NCBI GenBank assembly: GCA_028023455.1
Contig: JAQFVV010000002.1
Location: forward strand, 4,650,001 to 4,714,000
Length of the DNA stretch: 64,000 nucleotides
Direction of reading: 5' to 3'
DNA from: Epiperipatus broadwayi
Lineage: Eukaryota; Animalia; Onychophora
The translations under genes were made by a program, and so were the position numbers. The stretch's first letter is position 1, and every line of letters begins with the position of its first letter. Of this stretch, positions 1 through 12,431 are shown in pieces. A model generated the notes under the pieces. The model was not told the origin of the DNA, made no database searches, and worked only from the letters and a program-made list of their open reading frames with translations.

Positions 1-9
1 TTGTATTGA

Positions 10-810
10 ATTATCTTATCATTATCAACCATTATCAATCCATTGCAGAATGAAGGTCTCTCCAAGTTCATTCCATTTTCTCTTCTCCACATCACCCCTG
101 CACATTTTCTTCATCCATCTCACATGTGGTCTCTTCCTGGGTCTTTTACAATCTCTTGGAATCCAGTTTAAGATTTCAATTGTCCATCTATTATCATCTT
201 TTCTAGCAATATGTCCAATCCAACTCCACTTCAGTCTTTTAATTTTTATCAATGATGTCAGTAACACCTGTTTGTTCTCTTATCCACATATATTGTTTTC
301 GATCTCTTCTTGTTACCCAACATGCATCTCTCCACACTTCTTTGAGTCATCTGAAGTCTCTGTATAGTTCTTTAATTAAGTGTCCAAGTCTCAGATCCAT
401 AAGTAAGAACTGGTAAACACATTTATTAAAAACCTTCCTTTTCAAACACAGGCATATTTTCTTTTAGTATCAAGTTATTTCTACCAAAAGCACTCCAACC
501 AAGTTTATTCTATGATTAGTTTTATCCATTATGTTTCCATCTGTATTAATAATCTGACCAAGGTATTTGTAACTGTTAACTTCTTCTAACTCATCATAAT
601 CGATCTTTATTTTCATATTTTGAGAAAATCCATTAAACATTACTTTAGTCTTTTTAACATTTATCTTTAGTCCTACTTTCCTACTTTCATCTGATAGCTC
701 CTGTAACATTTCCTGCAGCTTTAAAGCATTATTTGCAAAAACAACTACATCATCTGCAAAATCTAAATGATTTAAATAATCTCCATTTACTTTCACTCCT
801 TTAGCATTTT
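10..810 (-). mobile_element. RTE-clade non-LTR retrotransposon, 5'-truncated 3' end (RT C-terminal half, frameshifted)
   Basis: Minus-strand frames give GVKVNGDYLNHLDFADDVVVF...GLKINVKKTKVM...YKYLGQ (470-796), RKVFNKC/VLTYGSETWTL, QRSVERCMLG and IKRLKWSWIGHIAR...W...RPRKRPHVRW (25-267). These are the standard RTE ORF C-terminal motifs. They end in a short GATAAT-type repeat tail at about 10-45. Confidence 0.9.
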
Positions 811-829
811 TTTTTATCCTTGAATCTGA

Positions 830-1090
830 TGTTGTTCTCCATTCTCAGGATATATATCAATATCACATTTCATGAGTGGCTTTGTTTTAGCCAATGTTTG
901 CAACTATTTTAAATTGTATTTGTAGTCACAGATTTTGTAAACCAGTCATGAGAGGCAGATACTTTTAAATTTTAGTTAACTTTCCACAGTTCAATGGAGA
1001 CATAGTTACTAAAACAAAAGAGATACTTCCCCAATTTCTTGCTGCTATTTCTAACCTGCTATCATATTTTTAAGTAATCCATTAATTTAC
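830..1090 (-). mobile_element. possible Tigger/pogo transposase remnant (CENP-B-type HTH)
   Basis: Minus strand reads VSASHDWFTKS, resembling the F.AS.GWF.KF motif of pogo/Tigger transposases. The rest is heavily degraded. Confidence 0.3.
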
Positions 1091-1290
1091 ATTCGAATAT
1101 CAGCCTTTCAAGCTAATTGTGCAAACGCTTTGCGAGTGTTAATAATAAATGAATACATTCTCACCAATACAAGATATAGTATTTATGCAGGAATAAAAAG
1201 GAATCATCTTATTCTTACGACTCAAATATTTATATATGAGCAAATCTGAAGTACTGGCAAAGAAAGTGTGATGATAGAACAGTTTCCCCA

Positions 1291-1384
1291 TGTGTCATAG
1301 CATCATCCGGGAAGCGAACCCACTAAACCAGGACATCTGCTTAAAAGCAGCTGTCACTGACCTCTCGATCACCAATGCTTGACA
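1291..1384 (-). mobile_element. tRNA-Gly-derived short SINE, diverged copy A
   Basis: Minus strand TGTCAAGCATTGGTGATCGAGAGGTCAGTGACAGCTGCTTTTAAGCAGATGTCCTGG...GGGTTCGCTTCCCGGATGATGCTATGACACA. It has A-box- and B-box-like segments and is homologous to copies at 37901 and 43058. No TSD seen. Confidence 0.65.
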
Positions 1385-1499
1385 AAAATATTTTATTTAT
1401 TGTTAATAAACAAATGTTTGTCAGTTTTGTCACTTTTTTCTCTTCTGTTTAATATCAAAATGAATATTACTTTTATGTTTATCATCATCATTTTCAACC

Positions 1500-1773
1500 A
1501 TTATTGATCCACTGTGGGACTCAGCTTATCTATCAGCCATATTCGCTCAATCTCCCTTCATGCAATTTTTTTAAAATCTCTCAAATGAAAAAAAATTTCC
1601 CTTTTTTTTTTGCAGACTTAGAAGCGGTGAAGAAAATAACAGAAGCTATTAAAAGGCATCACTATGCAAGTATTTCAGGATCACTTTGAAAAATGAAAGA
1701 TTAAATTTATAACACTTAAAAATAAACATTTTTTTATTATAAAATTCCAGTTATTTTGGAGTCCCCCCTTGTA
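1500..1773 (+). mobile_element. Mariner transposon 3' remnant with terminal inverted repeat
   Basis: Translation QPYSLNLPSCNFF...MKK...FADLEAVKKITEA matches the mariner PYSPDLAP.DF...F.D.E.VK C-terminus. It ends in TTCCAGTTATTTTGGAGTCCCCCCTTG followed by TA (1772-1773), a mariner-type TIR end. Confidence 0.75.
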
Positions 1774-2370
1774 TAATTAAAATAAAAAATATATAAGAAT
1801 TTATAAAAAAAACTTAGTTAAGAAATATTCATATATGGAAATAAAACAATCTTAAATAAAAGAAATGAAAAAAATATAATGTATAATATTTATAATAAAA
1901 AAAAGATTAGGTGGATGGACAGGGATGAGATACATAACGGAAAAAAGCATTTGCTATTATAGAAAAAAAAAATTAAAAAAATAATAATGAGAGAGGAGAA
2001 ATTAATAAAAAAATTTAAAACCTGAAGAAAAAGAAGAAAAAGATAAAGTTTGCTCATAATGGATTTAAATATTTTAATTTTAAGATTATTCTATTAATGT
2101 ATCCCTTTTATAAATGCAATAATGGGATAGAAATATATATTATAAATAATAGAGTAGAGCTTGAATTAAGCTATAAAGTATGTTGCTCTAATCCCCTTCA
2201 TGTAAAAACATATATAGTATATAATAGCTTATGTTTTGTTGATAAATATTGATTAGAATTAGAATACATATTGTTTATTGAACTACAAGTGTACAGACTT
2301 TTCAACCCACACACATATATATATTGTAATCTTCCTTTATGAGAATACACTTAACTTACTAATTTCTAGG

Positions 2371-2588
2371 AACAATTCAAAATACAGCAAAACTCTCCAT
2401 ATAGTAGTGCCATCTTGTGCTAACAAGAGCAATCAATGGATGCCAGAAGGCTTGTGCATAAAATCCCTATCTAGTGCCTACTCATCCAATATCCCCAGAC
2501 TAGTTTCTGGCTTGTGGCCTTCATCAGTGAGGAGCCTTGGATCTGAGAGCACTACTATATGGAGAGTTTTGCTGTATTTTGAATTGTT
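2371..2588 (-). mobile_element. Penelope/retrozyme-like fragment (family A) flanked by a perfect 40-bp inverted repeat
   Basis: 2371-2410 is the exact reverse complement of 2549-2588. The enclosed ~110 bp differs at about 4 positions from 32955-33065 and contains a hammerhead motif. Confidence 0.8.
2492..2533 (-). ncRNA. minimal type I hammerhead ribozyme motif (variant helix II)
   Basis: Minus strand TCCTCA-CTGATGA-A-GGC-CACAA-GCC-A-GAAA-C-TA-GTC-TGGGGA. Core, palindromic helix III ACTAGT, GUC site and helix I TCCTCA/TGGGGA are present. Confidence 0.65.
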
Positions 2589-2964
2589 TAATAACAATTA
2601 TTGTGCTAGTATGAGATAGTGATCATGTGATGTTTAGTGGTTTAATTTCTAGGAAGTATAACAAATAGAACATAACTCACCTAAAATAAAATACAAGTAG
2701 TATTATTGAAATTCTATTCCATAATTACAGTTGACATAAGATATTCTATAGATGAGATCACAAAGCATATGCTTTAATATTGCAAAACACATAAAATAAA
2801 CTTCCAATGGCATTGCCATTATAGAAAATTTCCATATATTATCATGCTACAATCATTAGGAAAATCCCTGTAGCAAACAATGAGTAACATAATAAATTCA
2901 TATTTAAATAATTACTACAACTATTTACATAACTACCTATTCAATTATACCTATAATAAACCAC

Positions 2965-3056
2965 AATATTATGAATTTAAACTTTACAGGGATAATGATT
3001 ATTTCTTTAATATTATGAATTTAAACTTTACAGGGATAATGATTATTTCTTTAATA
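2965..3056. repeat. 44-bp tandem duplication
   Basis: AATATTATGAATTTAAACTTTACAGGGATAATGATTATTTCTTT repeated at 2965 and 3009. Confidence 0.9.
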
Positions 3057-4038
3057 ATAATATTAATGGTTAACAGTTAGATAATTGAATGACAAGAGGA
3101 ATTTTATTGAAATCCAGTCATCTAATAAGAATACTTTTATAATTGACAAATGCTAATTAAAACAATTATTGAACAATACATCTAGCTTCAATACTAAACA
3201 AATAATAATTAAATTACTAAATTAACATTAGAATAATAACTTATGAAAGCACTTTTTATTAATTAAGTAATGACGATTAAGTAGCATAATTATTATCTAG
3301 TCATCACATCACTTATCTCTAATCAAAATATAATCTTTTATAAATTAATCTTAAAATACTAATTATTTTAGCAATAACCCATTCCATTTATCTTTCAAAC
3401 AAACATTGTAATTGACTTAAGTTTTATCTAGTTTTAATAATACAGTAATTGATCATTTTCAAAACTTTTATAAACTTTTATGATCTTTGAATTTTATAAT
3501 AACCAAAATAATTTGGAAAAGTATATGTGACTCTATAAATAGAATAAATTTCCTTAATGCTCTGAACATAAAATGATACTCTGTAATTAGATTTCATATA
3601 TCTTTCCATATACATATATTTTAAATAGAGTAACAAGTAAAATTTACATTATTATTATTTGTCTATAAATCAAAATTGACAAATATTTGATTTATCTGAT
3701 GTTAATTCTTTTACAACTGATACTATTTAAGAATTATCAAAGTTTCTTTATTACTAATGAATATTTAATGACATCTCATTCAAATTCTTTATTTGCAATC
3801 TTGTGATAAAACATTAAATAAATAAAGTTTATATGAAAATTTTAATGTGCTATATGATTAAGTATGATGTTATGACATTTATGGTTCAATAAAGGAGTCG
3901 ACTCTAATCATCTACTTTAAATCAAAACATACATTTACTTACAATAGTTTGACATTTAGAAAAACATTTTCTATTTACATTAAAATTAAACTATTTTATA
4001 AATAACATTATGAATATAATATTTTTAAGTTTATACAT

Positions 4039-4118
4039 AAAATATAAATAAATAAACATAAGTTTAGAACAATTATTTAAAATATAAATAAATAAACATA
4101 AGTTTAGAACAATTATTT
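4039..4118. repeat. 40-bp perfect tandem duplication
   Basis: AAAATATAAATAAATAAACATAAGTTTAGAACAATTATTT repeated at 4039 and 4079. Confidence 0.9.
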
Positions 4119-6299
4119 CAATATTACTAACATCCATATTAATATTGAAAAGTTTCAATTCTTATACTTTTCTCAAAAATTTGATAAATTATATATCTTG
4201 ATAGTAACACTTAGGTGGTAGGTTATTTATTATTTACCATTTTTTAGATTTATTAAAAATACAATGCAATGCAAATTATAATTATTGTATTGATATCTCA
4301 TTGTTTACCAAATTACCTTTTAATATTTATATTGTCAATGTAATATAACTAAGATACCATAAATAAATATTGGAATCAAGAATATTTTTATCTTTAGTAT
4401 TTTATCTTCATTCATCTTAATTATTATATACATTTCTTTCATAATCTTCATTTATTGATCTCATACAATAATTTATAACAATATCTGATTATTTTTTATA
4501 ACATTTTTGTTTATTTGTTTTGCAAACGCTCATTTGTCATTCTTTAAACTATCCTTACTTACTATAGGAAAAAAGCTATATCCTATCCATGTTACTAACA
4601 TATGATGCTTAAAATATAATTAACTATCTAAGATATCACTTTTCAATTTAAATAGGTATTGTAGGAATTGAGATAACTAACATGTATTCTTCAACAAACA
4701 TAATTTAAGATAATCATTATTCTTTGAATGATATTACCTCTGAAATCCTGGCTTTTCTCTTAAGCACTTATGGAATGGGATGGTTATCTGCTGTAAAAAT
4801 ATTCTGATTGCTTTCCTAATAAAATATGGGTATCCTTTAGATCTAACCCATTACATTCAATATTAGTTCTTTGGGACTTATACTCTACTATTCTCACATT
4901 TTATCTCATCCAACATAAAGCATTAGTATAGAGATTATATTTTCAATCCAAGTATATAACACTTTATCTCCTAACATTTATAAAACTTTCATCTATAAAA
5001 GATCATTTATCAAAACAAATATCCTCTATCAATGACCATCATCATATTATACTCTTAATGCTTGATAATATTTGAGATCAATTATAATATAATGAAATAT
5101 CTATCACACACACCACTTATAAATATTACACATGTATTATACAGTTATATTTTATCCTAGAAATATAACTCTTCTTGATCTATAATTATTTATTATATAA
5201 AATTAGACTATATCCTAGTAAAATAAATTAACAATGTAACATATACCACTTTCTTAACTAACATACATTTACCTTTTTGCATATTAACATATATAATATC
5301 ATAAAATTATATTACCATTTTATCACAGATATCATAAAATAACCAATTACTATTCCTCAGCTTTTTTATATATCAATGAGGCAATTCATATAAAACGTAT
5401 AGAAAATAATTGTAATATATACATTTAATATCTTAAAATCTTATATTTTAAATAACATTTATATTTGAAATACCTATAAACACATATATTGTCTAATCAT
5501 TATCCTTATTGTCATAATAAGAAATGAATATTCTAAACACATAAAAAAAAATGTAGATTTTTTTTTTATCTTCCCGAACTCTGAACAGATATCAACCATA
5601 ATGATGATGATCACTAGTTTCAATTTCTTCTTTTGTTGCCGTTTTTTTCTCTCCTCCTACTTGCAAAATCATTGTTAAAAAAATACATTTTAAAGAAGCA
5701 AATATATATACATACACAAATATACTTTTAAACTTTTCCTTAGTGTTTTTAATTGTTCATCCTAGGATCCTTGGTTTGAATTCAGTGTACTTCATAGTTT
5801 TAAAATATGATTATATTAAAATACTTCTTTAAACATTCAATATTATTTTATAATCTTGGTTATCCATTATAGGCACATATAAAATAACTGGCTTCACTTG
5901 TAATTATTTTTAAATTTCAGCTCTTTATCTTTTCATCTTTTATTCTATATCCTTATATGTCATATTTATTTATAATATATTTGTGTGGTTTTTTTTAAGA
6001 CTATCTTAGTTTATATTCTTCACATTGATATTAATTTATCAAAATAAATATTTTTTCTTCTTTTAAAAGGTCATAATAATCTTTTAGCTCATCTTAAAAT
6101 ATTTTTCAAAATGTAAGCAATAGTTCTATTTCACCTTCTATCTTTTCATTATATGAAAAAATGTTCCTTACATTTGCTAATTTATTTAGGTTAGTAAAAG
6201 TACATATTGTTCATTAAATATTTTGTTTTAATTTTCATTTAGTACACAAATAATTCCTATCTAATCTAATTCCTTTTAAAATCAGTTTCATTATTATTA

Positions 6300-6463
6300 A
6301 ATAACTGAGACACACAGGCTTATTATATACACCTGTGTTTATATATGTAACATATAGGGTATATGAGCACAGACTTTCACACGACCCACCACTCTCCACA
6401 CTATCTCATAACACTGATACACTTGAACACATATATGTTGAAAAGATAAATAATCACAATATA

Positions 6464-6494
<31 letters not shown>
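6300..6494 (-). mobile_element. family B hammerhead-associated repeat fragment plus (ATT)n microsatellite
   Basis: 6300-6464 is homologous to the reverse complement of about 57040-57197. It breaks off inside the hammerhead core and is followed by about 10 ATT units (6465-6494). Confidence 0.8.
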
Positions 6495-6495
<1 letters not shown>

Positions 6496-6701
6496 GATAG
6501 ACAACTTGAAGTTCTATAGAGCATTTTAAACTGTCTATAATTAATGTTTTTTTTTTTTAAATAAATAAAGGTTCATTTATAAATTACTTCTTAAAATTAT
6601 TAAAAATGAAGAAATAATAAAACACATTCCTACACGAATACTTTTGCTGACTACACACACAATTCCACTCTTCTGTTGAAAGTAATATTTTTTCTTCTCA
6701 G

Positions 6702-7490
6702 CACTGCTGGACCAGAGGATATCTAAGATGGGCACTGGGAGCCAAGAGACAACAAGAAGTACCTTCAGTACTAGATATCAATGGTGCAAAGGTCTCTGGC
6801 CAACAAATGGTCATTCATATTGCTTCCTACTTTAAACAATTACTTTGGAAGAATCTGCCAGATGAACATCGCAGATGGGAAGGCTTGGATGACAAGCAGG
6901 AACATGGCATCACTGCAGATGCTATCAAAGACAGAGAGTCACATCTGCCTGATAGTGTGCACCCTGGCATGCATGCCATTCCGAAATTCTTATTGGCCCA
7001 TCTGGGTTATTTTTCTATTCCTATCATATTAAATATGATCAACCACCTTGCAAAACAGCAGAGAGTGATTAATGATCTCTACCCTGTTTCGCTTGTCCCA
7101 TTTCTTAAAAAGAACAAGGACCTGACAAATATTAAAAACATCAGACCCATTTCAATGTCACAGATTCTAATTAAAATTATTGAAGACGTCATTAAAGAGA
7201 AAATTCATTGTAAAATACTGGACCACATATCTCATTCTCAGTATGCCAAAAAGGGCATGTCTGCACTGACAGCGATTGGTGAAGTTAAGATTCTTTTCAA
7301 TTTCATACGCATTAAGAGACTTTCCAAGCCAATCGCAGTCCAACTAGATATCACTCAAGCATTTGACTCAGTCAACATTGGCTTATTATTAAACCAGCTT
7401 AAAGAGCTGAGCATATCAACAGAAATTATTCAAATATTGGATAATCTGCTGTATAACCGGCAGATCTTTATTTCTTCACATTTTAAGTAG
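6702..7490 (+). mobile_element. non-LTR reverse transcriptase N-terminal fragment with an uninterrupted reading frame
   Basis: ORF 6807-7490 contains PFLKKNKD..NIKNIRPIS...LIKIIE, QY..KG.SAL and LDITQAFDSVN (RT subdomains ~1-3). The frame stays open upstream to about 6690. There is no YADD domain. Confidence 0.85.
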
Positions 7491-8948
7491 TAACTATAGT
7501 TTAATTATAAGTTGATGTCAAGTAGGATTAATTTTTTTGGCAAAAAATTTGTTTATTTCATGGTAAATTTATAATCACTTTTAAACATATTGTACATACT
7601 TATCCAACCTACTAAAGTCAAATTTTAACTAATTTTAAAATAATACACAATAAAATTTTATATTTTTATGGAACTAAAAGTAACGATTAACTAGCTCCTA
7701 CTGTTTCTTCAAATCTCCCTTAATTTTGTCTGCTAATTCTTTTAGATAGTAAACAGTGGAATATATTTCTAATTAAACAGATTTCATTGATCATTTAAAT
7801 TTAATTAACTGAAAATTTTTTGAATAAATTAATTTTGCCTATAAATTTAAATAATAATAAAGTATAATAAAATATTTTAACATTTAAATAATAAATATAA
7901 TTATACTTAAATATAAATTAAAAATTAGAAATTAATAATTTAATCCCCCTATTGGAATAGAACATATCATTTCCAACCAGGAATTGTAATCAATTTATTC
8001 TTTTTAAATAAAATTCTGCACAGAGATTCAAAGACATTTTTAAAGAGCCAATTATAAAATTAAACAAATGTTACTATTATAATTACTATAATAATTGATA
8101 AGTGGTGTAAATTTTTATAAATATAATTTATGTGTATTTATTATTATTGAATAAAATCATAACAAAAATAAATATAACATTTAAAGCATAAATGATTACT
8201 TAAAAGGTGTATGCTGTTTAAATTAACAGAATCTTATACTAATATTATATGTAAATTAAGCTTTTAATAAACTGCAAGTAAGAAATTAATACTTATATAA
8301 TTATTCATTCTATAAATTTAAAATTTGTATCATCTTAAATCTAAATTAAAAGAGCTACTAAAATAAAATGTTATAATATATATAACAGAACACAGTAGGT
8401 ATATATAAATAAAGATTACAAATAAACAAAAATTTAAAAAATAATAATATACTTGTTAATAATAAATTGAAGAGACATATTTACATAAATTTTACAGAGT
8501 GTATATTTTATTTACTCATGCATTCATTGAAGCAATAAAAATAAACAACTAACTCCTATTATATTTTTATTTTTAAAATAATAAAATGTCTGATTTTTCA
8601 TCACTATTGTTTTCTTTAATATTTTTTTCTCATATAAAAACATAATAGTGGTTTTGTTATTAAGAAATTAAGATCTCTAACTGGTTTGATATTTTTGATT
8701 CAATATCAACTTTTATTATGTTTAAAAATTTATAAAACTTTTAACATTATGCTTAAAAATATTTTATTATGCAAAACACTGCATATCTAATTAAGAAAGG
8801 ATAATAGAGGAAGACTAAAATTTATGTGTTTCAATGTAAATTAAATAAATTTTATAGATATTGTGATAATAGACAAGAGCTGATAAAATACTCCCCTCAT
8901 AAAATAAAATTGTAATCTGAGTTAAAACAGTCAATAAACAATAACTAC

Positions 8949-9500
8949 ATGAAACTCCAGTGCCTACTGAAAGTAACCCCTATGAATAACCCTCCTCCTT
9001 TAATGCCATATCTCACAGATCTTACTTACTCAATCCTAGGTACCACCAACCAGATCAGTGTCTCCCACAATTCCAAGTACACTTATTGGCAAACATGTAA
9101 CCTGATTTATCCAGACCCAGCAATGATTACCCACTCCCAATGCTTTGAATAAATAACCTTCACCTTCTCTGCCAATTTAAAAAATGGGCACTAGAACTGA
9201 AGATTTTTAACTGCGTAATTAGACTGAACATGTACATGCTTCCAACATGTTTTTTCTGTGGTATTGTCATCTGTAGAAAAATAACCCATTCTGTGATCTA
9301 TGCCATGAAGCTGAGGAGACTCAACATCTTCTCAAAGATTGTCAAGTACTGAACTCCACATGGAAAATTATGTCAAATGCATACAGGAAGATCACTGTTT
9401 ACATCTACTACATAACTAATTCCTTCCAAAGATTACACATTCCTGCAGTGCTGTACTTATTACATTTTCTGTTAGGCAACAACACCAGGAGGCATCCATC
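8949..9500 (+). mobile_element. non-LTR retrotransposon C-terminal CCHC zinc finger (zf-RVT-like) remnant
   Basis: Frameshifted translation ...RLNMYMLPT / NPFCDLCHEAEETQHLLKDCQ...W matches the LPT...P.CxxC..ET..HL..C...W motif. It may be the 3' part of the element at 6702. Confidence 0.6.
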
Positions 9501-9799
9501 CATATTTATCAATAAATTATGCTAGCTAAAAGTACAGGATAACAATGTAGACCTCCAGACATTTTTGCATCCACCTGGTCACTCATTATAAAGAAGTCCA
9601 AACTATAAGCTGCCACAACACAATAGGCAGTACTAATAACTTTCTTGGACATTTTATTTGCTTTATAATACAACTAGCTAAATAATAAATTATGTTCTAG
9701 ACACTCATTACATTACAACTGTTCAATAGCACAGAAGGCTATTTAACCTGACAAGTCAAGCTCAAGACAAATGTACATTAATTTAAAAATTATGAACAT

Positions 9800-10290
9800 T
9801 TTTTATATATCCAATATTATGACTTACAAAAAAAGTATCATTAACACCAATCATGTACAATTACCAATGTTCTAATTTATATAATAACAAACAATTATTA
9901 TACTTGAAATGCCTTTGAAACTCTGACAAAACCCTTGTAAAACTTATATAACACATTTATATATTGCACTATTTCCATAATCTAATATGAATATTGAAAG
10001 TTGCATACAGAAAATACTTAGCCTTTACATCCAATCACACCAGAAACACAAAATATGGTGTTAGACTATTCCTATGGAACAGAGCAAAATAAGTTTGTTC
10101 AGAAATCAGTGATTTGGAAAAATAAAAATCTATATAGAACAAACTCATGAAAAATGGTTATCCATCAGCTGTTATTAAGAAAACTTTAAATAGATAACAA
10201 AAAGAATCATCAAAAGAACAAACAATTATTGGTTCTGTAGAGTTCCCATGCATACCAAAAATAGCACACAAGAGCCATATCATATTATGA
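9800..10290 (+). mobile_element. Penelope-like RT C-terminal remnant
   Basis: Fragments AYRK..YLAFTSNH, LMKNGYPSAVIKK and GSVEFPCIPKI match the Penelope YRK...YL.F.S.HP, NGYP and LPYIP motifs. Many stops and frameshifts. Confidence 0.6.
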
Positions 10291-10629
10291 GGAATTTGAA
10301 CATCTACAAAGCCTCTCACATTCCATAATAATATATTTCCTTCTTCTTTATTTTATTATTAAAAATGCAAATTATTCAAATGATAAAGTGCAGGCACTAC
10401 TCCAATAAAATAAAATTGCCATCTAATACCCTTGATTAAAGGGGAAAAAAACCTAGTGATGAAAATTTATGGTAATAAAAATAAATAGTTTGTTACAAGT
10501 AAAGAAGCTCTTAATAATATTTTATTTTTTACTCAATTGACAAATAATTAAAAACAAACAAATATTTAAAGGTTATGCACTTAAATGTTTAAAATCTAAC
10601 TATCTGCTGTTAATTTGCTTCTTATATGG

Positions 10630-10720
10630 CAACCAACCAACCAACCTACCTACCTACCTACCTACCTACCTTACCTAACTATCTATCTATCTATCTATCT
10701 ATTTATCTACATATCTAGAT
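10630..10720. repeat. compound tetranucleotide microsatellite (CAAC)n(CTAC)n(CTAT)n
   Basis: Directly visible; followed by degenerate CTAT-rich sequence to about 11150. Confidence 0.9.
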
Positions 10721-11819
10721 ATGTGTCCACAGACATGACAACCTATATTTTTATACCTGTCTATCTATTCATATCTATTTACCTAACAATATATACCTAC
10801 CAATATAAAATCTATTTTTATTCATTCACTCAATTAAGAGTATTTATATCCAACTCAGTATATGCATTTAGATTTATCTATTATTTGTATTTTATATGTC
10901 TCTGTGTCTATCTATCACTCCGTTCATCATTATGTTTCTGTTTGTCTGATTTCTTTTTCCTTTTTACATTCATTTATCTACTTACTTATATATCTGCCTA
11001 TTTAATATATTACTCTCCATTTAGATTAATGTAGATTTATGTAGAAATCTTATTTACATTTTCACCTTCTCTACTATTATCTATCTATATTTGTCTATAT
11101 ACAACTTTTTGCTATTTCTTCATCTATCTATCTCTTTTATTCAATTATATGCTATTTTATATTTCCTTCATTTACATTATTTATTATATGTTATTAACTT
11201 AAATTTACCCGCCTTATTATACATATATTAAGCAAAAAAATATGGAATAAATTCTACAATATTCATTATACCAATATATAAAATTAATAATAGCAGCAGC
11301 AATCTTATGTTATATCTGCCATCCTGTATAGCATTTTACAGTTAAGAATTTTAAAAAAAAAATCTCATTAAAGTCACATAATACTAACACTCCCATGTGA
11401 TGGCTGACTTTCCATAATTTTCATATATTTACACAATTTTATTGTTTATTTAATAAATTTACTATAATATTTATTAAATATGTCTTTTTGATTTTTCTTT
11501 TCTTCAAATCATTTTCAAATAATAACTGTCAAAGCAAAAAAACTTCCATTACAAATAACTGAATATTCTGCAAATACAGATTCAAATCTATCCAAATACT
11601 ATCTTAATTTATTATACAAAAGTTTATGTTCATGAATTAATTTTTTTCAATGTGGGCACATGTCAGCATCCCATATATGATATTACATTTGTTGATTTTA
11701 TTAATATCATCCTCTCATATTAATAATTAACCTAACAATATTTGGTTCAATATAAACAACATTAAAATGAGAAGAAATCAATGATGTAATTACACTATAC
11801 ATTCTATTATTTACAAAGA

Positions 11820-12000
11820 AATTAAGTCAGATGTCATGTGACCTAATTTAACAAGCTTGTATTACAAATGTTATATATAGAACTTGCAAATGAGGTCTTA
11901 GCAAGCTTTGCAAAATATCCCCAACCCAAGACCGTTTTCTGCTACTGGCTTTCTCAGTGAGGTGCTAGAGTATTCAAGCATTAGATTCTATTTATATATG
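11820..12000 (-). mobile_element. family A Penelope/retrozyme-like fragment with degenerate hammerhead (11925-11962)
   Basis: Minus strand CCTCA-CTGAGAA-A-GC-CAGTA-GC-A-GAAA-ACGGTC-TTGGG. Homologous to 36430-36545. The core G8 position appears mutated. Confidence 0.65.
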
Positions 12001-12431
12001 TAATGAAATCCATGTTTTTTCTTCAATATTCTTATTTCTGCATCTATATTTATATAATATATATAAAATGTCTTATTATAACCTACATTCAATATTTATT
12101 AGTATATATTTCAATGTAGAATAATTTATCACTCTGAAATTGTACAACATATTATTTCTAAATAAAAATATTCTAAATCCAGCCAATTTTATACTTTTTT
12201 GTATTATATTCACTTCATAGTTAAATCAAGATATTTTATTTTATATAAACAGTCATCAGAAGTAACAGCCAATTTCAAGCTACGAATGGACTATAATTTA
12301 ACTTTATGGAGAGAATATAGCAATTATTAAAAAATTTGCACAATCCAAATTAAATATTTTTTTTTTTGAATAATTTGGCTGAATTGAGAATATTTTTTAA
12401 GAAATAATCTGTTATGTAAATTTTGAAGTGA

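Noticed and set aside
980-1050. p24/TMED GOLD-domain-like peptide GKYLFCFSNYVS on the minus strand
   Set aside because: It is bounded by stops within about 30 codons, has no splice signals, and overlaps a region better explained as a pogo/Tigger remnant; probably chance.
10615-11034. 139-aa ORF
   Set aside because: It is a translation of tetranucleotide microsatellite and low-complexity CTAT sequence.
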